From the NCBI RefSeq assembly GCF_006345805.1, contig NC_043014.1:25172001-25236000 (forward strand): 64,000 bases of DNA, given 5' to 3'. Of this stretch, positions 1 to 11,759 are shown one piece after another; positions within the stretch are counted from its first letter, which is position 1; each line of letters opens with the position of its first letter. Below the pieces are notes generated by a model that saw only the letters and a list, made by a program, of their open reading frames with translations, searched no databases and had not been told where the DNA came from. The stretch is from Octopus sinensis. Lineage: Eukaryota. The translations under genes and the position numbers were made by a program.

Positions 1-463
1 TGCATCTTCTATAATGGTACAAATTCTTCTGGCTAGGCAGTATGGGATGTTGCGTTTTGTATGTGGTGGATGGCACGACTTAAAATTTAGGTATTGATGT
101 GTGTCTGTGTGTTTATAGTATATATATCTGTGGTGATGGTGGTGTCTTTTTTAATTACCATTATATCTAGGAATGGTAATTTGGTACTACTCATCTCCTT
201 TGTAAATTGAAGTGATGGGTGTAGGTTGTTCAGGAGGATATTGAACTCTTCCAGAGTATTTAGAGATTCTGTCCAGATTATGAAGCAGTTGTCAAGGTAT
301 CTCTTCCATGCCTTTTCAAAATACTTTCTAAATCCAGTGCCATAGTTTACCTCCACCTCTTGGTAGAGTTGTTGTTCTAAGTATCCCATTACAGAGTTGG
401 CGTAAACCTACACCCATCTCTCCAATTTACAAAGGAGATGAGTAGTACCAAATTACCATTCCT
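1..463 (-). mobile_element. Penelope-like element RT fragment (C-terminal RT/thumb) with short inverted segment
   Basis: ORF 87..389 has WKRYLDNCF (RYxDD-like) and LPFLDIMV..TTDIY. After a frameshift it continues as HTDTHQYLNFKSCHPPHTKRNIPYCLARRI, typical of PLE RT. 405-463 is an inverted copy of 169-227. Confidence 0.8.
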
Positions 464-819
464 TAAGTAATTGAGTGATGCTACACACTGATTGGTCAGA
501 ATACAGTTTGCAAAACCTAGCAATCTGGAGCCTACCCAGCTGTATTTAAGGCACAGATTCAATCATCTCGCTACAGTCAAAAATTGTGAAGCATGACTGT
601 CACCACTAGTACATTAACCTGAAGATTGCAGAATTTAATGCATGAAAGTACTAGTTCAATCAGAATGAACATTTAACATTCTACTATTTTATTTTATTCT
701 ATTATATTATATTATCTTATAATATATCATTATAAGATTGTAAATAAAATATGAAAATCAGACAAGGTTGGAATTCCTTTTATTAATAATATATACATAT
801 ATATATATATATATATGTG

Positions 820-884
<65 letters not shown>

Positions 885-894
885 TATATGTACA

Positions 895-1560
895 AATTTC
901 TATGTTTTTGCAATTTTGGATGGATATGCCCATAGCTTATAGGCATAAGGGGTCGTTTTATCAATTTTTTTAATGGCTTTCTGAGGTGACTGAGGAAATG
1001 AAAAGATCTTCACAACCACCCTCAGACAGTTTTGAAAGCCCATAGAAAATGTGAGCCTTTTGCGTGAAAAACTGTGGATATGTATAAAGGACACACAGAT
1101 ACACAGGCATTTTGCCGTTTATAGATATAGACATTATCATTATTTTATTACTATTATTAATTTTAATACTCTTTGATCCTTTCAGAGTCGATCAAATAAT
1201 TATCCGTCAATCACTAAATTCGGTAACTTGGATTGTGCTCTCTTGCTCTTGTAAATTGAAATAACTTGTTATATTCAAATAAGATGACTCTGGATTGCTT
1301 AACTCTAAGTGGAGGGAATGAGGAGGTAAAGGAAGTTATCTCCCTTGTCATCTATGCTCATAACTTATGGGCATAAGGAGTCAGTTTATTGATATTTTTA
1401 ATGGCTTTCTGAGGTAACTGGGGAAATGAAAAGATCTTCACAACCTCTCTCAGACAGTTTTGAAAGCCCATAGAAAATGCCAGCCTATTACATGAAAAAC
1501 TGTAGATTTGTATAAAGGACACACAGCTACACAGACATTTTGCCGTTTATAGATATAGAG
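895..1560 (-). repeat. Two diverged copies (~895-1131, ~1355-1560) of a short non-autonomous element, Helitron-like 5' end
   Basis: Both copies share ...ggcataagg...gaaaagatcttcacaacc...ttttgccgtttatagatataga. On the minus strand they start TCTATATCTATAAA. Confidence 0.55.
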
Positions 1561-1589
1561 ATTTCTAGAATAAGAAATATAAGTAGTTA

Positions 1590-3180
1590 GTGAAGCAGAT
1601 CGCTCCGTTTTTGTTTGTGTGTGCGTGCGTGTGCTGTAGCCCACAACAAGAAAAGCACTTGACTAACACACCACAATGTGAGTTTTCTCTAAATTTTGCT
1701 TAATTGGGGTTGAAATTTTAAAAACTGGACCTGGCACGACCCGATTTATTCTACTCTTAAAAATGCTAGGTAAATTGTAATTGAAGAAATCCTATATTGT
1801 AGATTTCTATAAGAGACAAAGAGAGGCAGATAAAATCTGCCTTTTATAATAAGACTAGCAGTATCGCCCGGCGTTGCTCGGGTTGTAAGGGAAATAACTA
1901 TATAAGCATTTTTAGAGAGTTATAGCCAAAAAATAGCAAAAAAATGCATTAAAAATTGAAAAAAAATTAAGGTAAATTTTTCTTTTAAATCGTTGACACA
2001 TCGTAGATATTTTTAGAGAGTTACTTCCCTTATATAAAAGCGAAAAAAATGCATTAAAATGGAAAAATATGATGGTAAATTTTTTTTAAATCGTAGACTC
2101 ATCGTAGACGCGCGCTAATACCCAGAAGGGCTCGATATGAATCACGACTATAAGATACCCGCTTTTGGTTAAACTGCACTGCAAAATGTGGGAGTAGTTA
2201 CGAATCTAAATCGAAGGGGACAGACACACAACTTCACTCTTATATAAGATGCTTTTTTTTTTCAGTCATAGAGTTAGATTTATGAAGGTCTTCAGTAGAA
2301 AATCCTTCGAATTCTGACTCGCTGCTTGATATAATGAAATTCGTATCCATTTTTGTCAGAATTACAAATTTTGAAAACACAATAGGAACAAATTTTGGAA
2401 AAAAATCTCCCATAATTCACGGAATTAAAATTACACTTCGATTTTTGTACAAAACTGTATTTGAAGTGTTTACGAAGTATAATACGTGTTTTCACGAATG
2501 TACTAAAGAGATTTACTCTGATATTCTCATTTAAATATGAATAGGTAAATTCGGGCGGTTTGGTAACGAAAGGGTTTATATAAGTGTCATCTGTTTATAC
2601 ATAAACACTGTTTCATACTTTCAGTTTAGTCTTCCTCAAATCACTCTGTCGCTAATTTACTCTCTTCCAAGAACATTTTCACTCACTCTTATCTGTTAGC
2701 TTCCCATACATTTTACTCATGTATCTATCAGCGTGATAGACAGAAACAAATATTACATCTAGTTTCACTTTATTCGTTGCACACTGTGTGTGTGCGTTTG
2801 CGTGTGCTGTAAACCAGACTAAGAAAAGCATTTGACATACACACCAGAATGTGAGTTTTCTGTAAATTTTGCTTAATTGGAGTTTAAATTTTAAAAACTG
2901 GACCTGGCATGACCCGATGCATTCTACTCTTAAAAATGCTAGGTAAATTGTAATTGAAGAAATCCTATATTGTAGATTTCTATACTTACAAAGGGAGGCA
3001 GATAAAATCTGCCTTTTATAATAAGATATATATATATATATCTTATTATAAAAGGCAGATTTTATCTGCCTCCCTTTGTATCTCACATTGTGGTGTATAA
3101 GTCAAATGCTTTTCTTAGTGTGGCCTACACCACACACACACGCACACACACAGTGTGCCACGAATAAAGTGAAAGTAATT
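1590..3180. repeat. Three copies of one non-autonomous element (1590-1853, ~2600-3026, inverted 3041-3180)
   Basis: Shared end gaggcagataaaatctgccttttataataaga. The last two copies meet back-to-back across a (TA)n tract. Confidence 0.7.
1854..2250 (-). mobile_element. Non-autonomous Helitron
   Basis: Minus-strand 3' end CCCGAGCAACGCCGGG hairpin + CTAG at ~1855. 2100-2240 is homologous to the 5' part of the Helitron at 3705-3900. Confidence 0.8.
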
Positions 3181-3357
3181 CACTTTTTGTAGTGAGTGAC
3201 TCTTTCACTCTGCCACTTCCTCTTTACACACATAGACACACAAATATATAAATAAAATTGTAAGCTAACGTGCGTGTGTGTGTGTGTGTGTGTGTGCGTG
3301 TGTGTGTGTGAGGGTGCGTGTGTGTGTGTGTGTGCGTGTGCATGAGTGTGTGACAGG

Positions 3358-3703
3358 AAAGTTTTTTAGGACGAATATAAGACCTATATCCAAGTAGCAG
3401 AAAGATCGCCCAAAAGTGTATATAGATATATAAATGTATTTATATATTCATCTATGCACACATGTATGTATAACGTGTGTGTATATATTTCCATAGAGGT
3501 AACCATTCACTCCATACAAAGTTTTTTAGGACGAAAATAAGATCTAAAGTTATCTCTAAGAAACAGAAAGATCGCCCAAAAGTGTATATAGATATTTAAA
3601 TGTATTTATATATTCATCTATACACACATGTATGTATAATGTGCATGTATATATTTCCATAGAGGTAACCATTCAATCCATACAAAGTTTTTTAGGACGA
3701 AAA
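3358..3703. repeat. ~165-bp tandem duplication (about 2 units)
   Basis: aaagttttttaggacgaa recurs at ~3358, ~3518 and ~3684 with similar intervening sequence. Confidence 0.8.
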
Positions 3704-3704
3704 T

Positions 3705-4530
3705 ATTTATATATAAAAGAAAGGTTGTGTGTCTGTCTACTCCGATTTAGATTCCTAACTACTCCCACATTTTGCGATGCAGTTTAACCAAACTGATTCA
3801 TATCGAGCCCTTCTGGGTATTAGCGCACGTCTACGATGAGTCTATGATTTTACAAATAATTTACCATCATTTTTTTCCATTTTAATGCATATTTTTTTAA
3901 ATAAAGGGAAGTAACTCTCAAACTTCACACCAATATGCGTGCTCACATGCGACGTAATATCACATCAGCAGCATTTCCTCACACCCTCCTTGCACTTGGC
4001 GAAGGCAAAATACCAGAGATGAAAATGGTAATATTGCCATCGATTCCATTTGTACCATTGTTAAGACGCCTTCTGATCTCAGAGATGCAGTGTTCCCAGA
4101 TCTACAAGCTAATTATCAGAATATGGATTGGATTGGCAAAAAGCTATACTGGCCCCGAGGAATAAAACTGTTCACCATATTAATGATGAAATGCTAAAAC
4201 TCATTCCTGGGGAAGTCTATGTATATCAGTCTATCTATACAACTCCTGACCCAGAGGACGTCATCAACTATCCAATAGAGGTACTATATTCCTTTGAGCA
4301 CCCCGGACTACCACCACACTTTCTCAAACTTAAAGTTGGTGCCCCTATAATGCTCATCAGAAATTTGGTTCCCCCAAAACAATGCAATGGCACACGTTTG
4401 ATCGTTAAGTCCTTATCTCCCACCGTAAGCTTATATCAATATTTGCCTGAATAATCATCATAATTCAGTGCAATCATTAACAGTACTTTCAAGCAATTCA
4501 GCCCCGAGCAACGCCGGGCAATTCTGCTAG
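3705..4530 (+). mobile_element. Internally deleted Helitron with PIF1-family helicase fragment
   Basis: ORF 4128..4454 has AILAPRN, GLPPHFLKLKVGAPIMLIRNL and CNGTRL (PIF1/Helitron helicase). It ends with the ccccgagcaacgccggg hairpin + CTAG at 4527-4530. Confidence 0.9.
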
Positions 4531-4550
4531 TATATATATATATATATATA

Positions 4551-5658
4551 CGAGGGGCGTTCAATAAGCAATGCCCCTGACCCACTTCCCATAGCAGTAG
4601 AGCAATGAAACTTGGCATAGTTATTAGTCTTTTTCTACATAGGAACCACCCAGAATTACGCATTTCTCCCATTGTTTGATGCAGCTCTAGAGACCGTTTT
4701 TGTAGAAGACCCCAGCTTGGTCCGCCAACCATGATGTGACTTCAGAAATCAAGGCTGCATCATCTGGGAAACGCTTTCCTTTCAAAAACAACTTCATGGC
4801 TGGGAAGAGGTGAAAATCAGAGGGTGCAAGGTCAGGAGAGTAGGGGGGATGGGGGAGGAGTTCATAGCCGCACGCGTGTGCTCCTGATCTGGCAACACGC
4901 GAGTTGTGGACCGGAGCGTTGTCCTGCAGGATGAGGATGCCTTTGCTGATCTTGCCCCGCCTCTTGATTTTGATAGCTTCTCTTATCTGGATCACAGTGA
5001 TGGACCCAGGTTTCATCCTGTGTAATCAGTCTTTTGAAAAATTTTGACTCATCTTCTTGGCACATCTCCAAATTTATCCTCGAGCACTCGACGCGTTCTT
5101 GCTTCTGGAAAGGTGTGATTAACCTGGGAATCCATCTGGCAGACACCTTTTGCATATGCAAATGGTCATGAATGATAGTTTCCATAGACCTGGTACTAAT
5201 CTTGACCTAATGGGCTATTTGGTGAATAGTTATGCATCGATCTTCCAAAATGGCAGCCTCAAACTTGACGGACACATGCCTCATCAATGGCAGAAGAGGG
5301 GGGCGACCAGATCTGGGAGCTCTTTCCACAGAGTTCCGACCATGTTTGAATTCACGATGCCAGCGTTTTACAAGGTCATATGATGGTGCATCATCACCAT
5401 AAGTTACTTTCATTTCATCAAAAGTCTCCCGTGGTGTGCGACCTCTCAAATACAAAAACCGGATCACTGCTCGATACTCAACAGGCTCCATTTCACACTT
5501 GACTCAGTTCAAACACCTGTAAATCAGAAACCACAATTGGTTCAGAGCTGTAATTTGCCACTTAATCAATAGATATATAAATAATTGCACATGCAAAATT
5601 TCAGCTAGATCAAACAAGTGCAAGTGAGTCAGGGGCATTACTTATTAAACGTCCCTCG
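4551..5658 (-). mobile_element. Mariner (DD34D) DNA transposon, internally deleted, defective
   Basis: TIRs cgaggggcgttcaataag / cttattaaacgtccctcg with TA flanks. Transposase pieces WIPRL, DETW, QDNAP, YSPDLAPSDF. About 180 bp is missing relative to the 52.3 kb copy. Confidence 0.95.
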
Positions 5659-5708
5659 TATAACCTTCGAACAGGGGAGGTCAGCCGCTTCCCCTTGCTG
5701 GTCTGGCA

Positions 5709-5751
5709 TCTACAAACTAGTTTTGGGGTATTTGCCCCTTATCAATGTAGA
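5709..5751 (-). ncRNA. Decayed type I hammerhead ribozyme inside a ~140-nt hairpin (5660-5801)
   Basis: Minus strand: TCTACA ttgataa GGGG caaata CCCC aaaa ctag tt TGTAGA. All stems are intact and the core differs from CTGATGA/GAAA/GTC only by transitions. Confidence 0.7.
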
Positions 5752-6060
5752 ACAGCCGAACCCAGCAGGCATCGCTGCTGACAGTCTGTTCGAAGGATTA
5801 TTTACCTAAATTCAGTAGAATACATCCACTAGTTTTCAAAAATAGAAATATTAATATTTCTAAATCTCTCTAAAGGAGACTACAGTAGCGGTACTGGATA
5901 TTAATATCCATCCCATCAACATACACACCACACCCCATCACACAGTACAATCACTCTGTTGATGAACTCTTAGATGACTTTTAAGTCCAGCTGGTGACTG
6001 ACAGGGTTTAAAACACAAGTGACATATTATTCAAGTTATATACATACATATATACACACA

Positions 6061-6124
<64 letters not shown>

Positions 6125-6944
6125 ACACACACATATATGTTACGTAAGATATAAGTTAGACGTATTAAAACCAACTAAGGGATAGATGTATCCAGATGCA
6201 CTCCTGGTAATTACCTCAGTATGTATGGTCCTTGTTATAAGGTATACGGTAGTAGGTAATTTAAAAGGTAAACCATAGTTTAATGTATATAAAGACGATA
6301 AGAAAATGGAGAAATAAATAGCAATGAGAAGTGGATCTTTGGTGTTATAAAGCCATTATTTAATTGATTAAGATGAGAGTAAGTTTCCAGCTATTTCCGT
6401 ATATCAGGCTGGGGTTAATATATATTTACCTCATTGCAATTGATAGACATCATAAGAACAAAAAAGGCACAGATAAACAAAAAGAGAATAGAGAGAAAAA
6501 AAGTGTAAAGGAAAAACAGGATAAAGAAAAGTTCAATAATTCGATAGTCTTACATTTTAGTTAGGTTCAAAGTTCAATAAATCTGTTGTAGGATAGATGA
6601 GAAGAGAGTTGAATCTAAGGTCTTATAATTAGTTATTAACATAGCTTTTATGTGTCTGTAAGTTTAGCTAGTTGACCACCAGTGTAATCTGAGGGAGTTA
6701 TCACTATTGGGATATCCAGTGTAGTTCCATGGACCTATGAGGCACTAATTTATAGGTTGTAAGTTAGTTCTTATATTTTCAATGGAAGCCGTAATATAAG
6801 GCTAAAGTTTATATCCAGAATCTGTTTGATATAGAGTGTAAATGGACTGTGTACCGGAATAATGCATAGGTTTGAAGAGTGCATAGAGAAACAAGAAGAT
6901 CAAAAGGGGAAGTTTATCGTATGTAAAAAGAGTTAGTAGTCTAG

Positions 6945-8390
6945 CTCTCAACATAAATTAAATTATAGGAAAATAAGCTTTCATGTATGTCAATATCGAC
7001 TTCAGATGGATCAACAACAAAAGGATCCACAAACCACTGTGACAGCATCATTTGGGGTAGATCAGAAAAGTGAATTTCTATATTATTATGTAACTGCTTC
7101 AAATGATCGACATAAACTTTTAAGTCATCATGAAGTAGCTTGGTGGATATGCTTGTTAAGGAAGGAAACTGTGCAAATTCCCATTTTCCAAGATTCAACC
7201 AGGATAACTTTAATCTCTTGTTGAAAACAGCATGGAGTTATTTCCTTGAAGTTCTTTGTTACGGACATTTAGCTTTTCAAATCTGTCAGACAAGTAAAAA
7301 ATATCACTCTTTGCATCAGCAAGTTTCTCTCTAAGTTCTGCTTCACTCAAAAAAGAGATAACAGTGTCCCAAAGTGCAACAAAGCGATGCAAGCAATTAC
7401 CCTTAGATAGCCATCTGACTTCAGTATGCAACACAAGTTGTTCAAATTCCTTGTTATTTTCACATAATTGCTTAAAGAGGTGATCTTGCAGTGCATTCTT
7501 TTTTATCAAGTTGACAGCTTTAATAACATAAGTGCATCATTCAAATGTCCTGCTGTGTGTTTGGCAACCAGATGCTGTTGATGAACAGTGCACACAAAGC
7601 ACATTAGGAACAGCTTTTTTTAAGTAAGCACTGAATTCCTGATATCTTCTGATCATAGCAGCAGCACCATCTGTTGCACAAGCAACAATGTTCTTCAATG
7701 GAATGCTGTTGTTCTCTTCGAAATAGGCCTCAATTTTTTTGAAGATGGATTCCCCTTTCGTGTTGGTTGTTAATTTCAAAGCAAAAAGCAATTCTTGACA
7801 CATATCATTAACATTAAGAAACCTAACAAATGCCATTGAAAAAGCAGAATTATCAGGTAGAGTTGATTCATCTATTTGAAGTGAGAACTCGTTTACCCTA
7901 AATTTATAAAGTAATTGGCTTTCAACACCAGCTGCCATTTCATCAATCTGTCATGATACTGATGAGTTGATCAGAGGAATAACTCTAGTAACCTCTTGTG
8001 GACTCTGATCCATGACTGTTGAAAGCACTACAGCCACTGCAGGCATGATCAATGGTGTGAGGCTTACCAGCTTTTGCAATTAAATTTGCTATCTTGTAAG
8101 AGGCCAACATTCCTTTGTCTACTTTTGCTGCTTTTTGAGTGAACATTTGATCCAATGTCATCCTTCCTTGAAACTCATCACGTAACTTTTGAAGAAATCC
8201 AGTGGTTTGTCTTGCTTATCTCTATGTGCAGTTTCCAGATGTTTTTTTAGTTTGCAGGAATGCATATTTCCATTTGAGAACAAAGTCTTGCATAGCAGAC
8301 ACACAGGCATGGTAGAATTTTGTGGAGTTTTTAATGAATCCTTTAGCAAGATATTCAACAGAATATTGTCTACACTTTCCATGCTTACCT
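6945..8390 (-). mobile_element. Decayed hAT (Buster/SCAND3/ZBED-like) transposase
   Basis: Fragments KCRQYSVEYL..GF, MPVCLLC..KLKKHLETAH (BED finger), FSLQIDEST, CATDGAAAM, VHC and LHTEVRWLSKG. Several frameshifts and stops. Confidence 0.9.
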
Positions 8391-9069
8391 GAAATAAACA
8401 AATATTTTCAAAAAAGTTGAATAAACAAGAGATTAGTTTCAAGCGTTTTCGTCAGGGGTGAGTACAGAGTAAGGTAAATCGATATATCTTTTTTAGCCAA
8501 GAATAAAATTAGATATAAAACCAAAAGGCTTTAATAATCAGGAAAAACATATTGAAATTTATGCTTATAAAAAGATAAAAATAACAAGACAAAAATTTAT
8601 CATTCCCTTTTCAGTTGACAATCTAGAAAGAAAATTAGTTTGATGAAAAGAAACTAAATTATAAAAGTGATACCTAATACAAGTGAGCTGGTAAATTCAC
8701 GGAGAAAATCAGGCTAATTAATTGTTGAATCAAACTTGAATTGTCAAAAAGAGTTAGCAAAAGTATATTGAAAATGTATTTTCTTTTTTAAAGAAAAATG
8801 ATTTTATAATATATTTTGTTATATTCTATTAAACATAGTTCAACATTAAATTTTACTTTAATTAAATTAAGTATATAATACTATTCAGTGACCTATTATT
8901 AAATTGTTTAATTATTTAATAGTTGTATAAAAGTGCATATAAGAATGATTTTATCTAGTTTTGTAATGAATTATCTGTTTTGGGGGTACCCTCAGTCTCT
9001 CACCTCCCTCTTGATTGCCCATCTTAGTTTGAATGCTTCTCAAAGCCCTTATTAATTAGAGTTTTTAAA

Positions 9070-10870
9070 AAAAATAAAAACAGGACAATGGAGACATATA
9101 AGGAAACCAAATGAAAACAAACATGGTGGGTTATTAGACAGGACGAGGGTAAAATAGTGAATGCTGGAGAAATATTTTCTTTGATCAGAGAAAAGATAGA
9201 AGAGAGAGATAGGATACATCAAGTCTTTAGGACAGCCCCAAAAGAAATGAAAGATGATCACGTGAGGAAAAGAAAGATGGACAATGGTCACATGTGAGCA
9301 ATGAGAGAGTAAAGGAGAAAGGGAGGGAGAGAGAAAGGGACAGATAAAAACAGTGAAGGGGAGACAAAAAGGGAATTAGAAAAAGGATGAGAGAGAAAAC
9401 GATAGAGACGCATCAAAAAGATTAAGATAAACTTAGAAATGGATGTGTGACGTTCAATCAAATAATAATATAAATAAATCAAATAATAATATAAATAAGA
9501 TATATATATATTTGGGATTTAAGAAGGGTCAAAGTTGGGAGCAAAAACAGGACAGTGGATTTCATACAAGGAAACCAAATGAAAACAAACATGGAGGGTC
9601 GTTAGACCAGAACAAGGGTAAAATAGTGAACACTGGAGAAATATTTTCTTTGACAAGAGAAAAGATGGAAGAGAGAGATAGGATATGTCCAGTCTTTAGG
9701 GCAACCCTGAAAGAAAAGAAAGATAATCATGTGAGAAAAAGAAAGATGAATGATGGTCACATGTGAGCAATGAGAGTAAAGGAGAAAGAGGGGAGAGAGA
9801 CAGATAGAAAATGGTGAAGGGTAGAAAAAAGGGAATTAGAGAAAGGATGAGAGAGAAAACAGTATAGAGTAGAATCGCATCAAAAAGATTAAGATAAACT
9901 TACTTCATTCAATTCCCTTGTATGTCTCCACTGTCCTGTTTTTGTTCCAACTTTGACCCTCCATAAATCCCAAATTTTATTTTGATACTTATGGGAGCAA
10001 CTGTCTTCGAAGACTCATATTGTCGTTCCATGCTTGAAATGAGGAGTAGATAGACAGCCAACAACAGTTGAAGGGTCATTCTTTATGTTACTTGCCCTGT
10101 TTTCCATTTGTTTCTCTTGCTGTTCACGTATTGAACTCATTTGTTTTCGTATTTCATGTTGTTTACTGTTGGTGGCATCCTGTACTCATATATGTTTGTA
10201 TATATATATACATATATTATTTATATTATCATTTCCAAGTCAGTTTATCTTAATCTTTTTTGATGCGACTCTACCCTATACTGTTTTCTCCCCTATTGTT
10301 TTCTTTCTCATCCTTTCTCTAATTCCCTTTTTTCTCTCCTTCACCATTTTCTATCTGTCTCTGTCTCTCTCTCCCTCTCTTTCTCCTTTACTCTCTCTTG
10401 TTGCTCACATGTGACCATTGTCCATCTTTCTTTTCCTCACCGGATCATCTTTCATTTCTTTTGGGACTGTCCTAAAGACTTGATGTATCATATCCCTCTC
10501 TTCTATCTTTTCTCTGGTCAAAGAAAATATTTCTCCAGTGTTCGCTATTTTACCCTCGTTCTGGTCTAACGACCCTCCATGTTTGTTTTTATTTGGTTTC
10601 CTTGTATGTCTCCATTGTCCTGTTTTTGTTCCTAACTTTGACCCTGTATAAACCCCAAATTTTATTTTGGTACTTATGGGAGCAACTGTCTTTGAAGACT
10701 CATATTGTCGTTCAATGCTCAAAATGAGTAGATAGACAGCTGACAACTGATGAAGGATCGTTCTTCATGTTACTTGTCCTGTTTTCCTTTTGTTTCTCTC
10801 ATTGTTTGTGTATTGAACTCATTTGTTTTTGCATTTCATGTTGCTTGCTGTTGGTTATGTCATGTACCCA
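9070..10870. repeat. Cluster of three copies of a ~640-bp non-coding repeat
   Basis: 9070-9450 and 9510-9902 are inverted relative to the complete copy at 10230-10870. 9916-10190 matches the right part of that copy in direct orientation. Confidence 0.85.
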
Positions 10871-10874
10871 TATA

Positions 10875-10918
<44 letters not shown>

Positions 10919-10929
10919 CAGTAAATCAT

Positions 10930-11520
10930 GAATCTGAAAGAGAAGCACTCTCTAAGTAATAGAGTAATTAGATAAAGATAGCCATGGCTGGTCTATGGGG
11001 TTACCCTGGGTTTCACATCCATAAAACACTTAGCTTTATGACATTTCTTCAGATCCTAATGGCCAGTGGTCTATAACAGCTCTACAAAGTGGAAGGAGAA
11101 ATGACCTCTTAGCTATTTGTTGACCACTCGGATGAAAGGTTAAGTGCAAGGGATTGTCTCCCTTAGACCACTACCTGTAGTCTATTTGGTTGGACTTCAG
11201 TAGGAATCTCCTGAAGTGTAACCAGGGTCTGAAGGCTTCCAACCTGAAAGATGTTCCCTGGGTTGAGCAAGTTTCTTGATATTCTCTCCTGTTCAGCTAT
11301 GCAATTGATGTAGAAGCTTTGTTCTAGGATCTCACATAGATTACACGTGGAGTTCCTTTGTCATTTAGGTGCAACATGTAACTGGCCAAGGATGTGGTGC
11401 ATTGCCTTTCTGGGATTCTGAATGAGGAATTATGGTTGGAGAGGTGCTGCTTGTAAGTGTTTCACATGTGGTGCCTGAAAGAGGAAGGAACTCTGCACAT
11501 AATCTCATAGAAGATCCTAG
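10930..11520 (-). mobile_element. Penelope-like 3' fragment (GIY-YIG remnant + HHR-bearing tail)
   Basis: Minus strand ~11470-11355 translates to CENTYKQHLSNHNSSFRIPERQCTTSLASYMLHLNDKG, matching the other GIY-YIG fragments here. An HHR lies downstream. Confidence 0.7.
10988..11066 (-). ncRNA. Type I hammerhead ribozyme
   Basis: CTGAAGA (11052-11046), stem II with cataaagc/gttttatg, GAAA (11014-11011), stem III ACCC-a-GGGT, GUA triplet. Stem I is imperfect. Confidence 0.7.
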
Positions 11521-11759
11521 AAGACCCAGGCCCATACATCAGCGGGAGCAAACATTGTAAGCTGTGCATAGCTGAATGGGCAAGAATATGCACATGTGAT
11601 TGCATGCATACATTCGTTCTTGGTAAACTGGTATATTTTGCAAATACTCACTGTACCACTAATTTTTTGTATTTGAAAAATACAAATCACTTTGTTCTTT
11701 GAGAAACCTAGTATTTCTAGTCTTTTATGCATAACTGTTGTTACATAGTTCATCACACT

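Noticed and set aside
5950-6025. ttgatga actct...agggt taaaac, HHR-like spacing
   Set aside because: Both core boxes are altered and stems I and III are unconvincing.
8431-8455. CTGACGA..GAAA..TC on the minus strand
   Set aside because: No stem I and only 2 bp of stem II. Likely a chance match.
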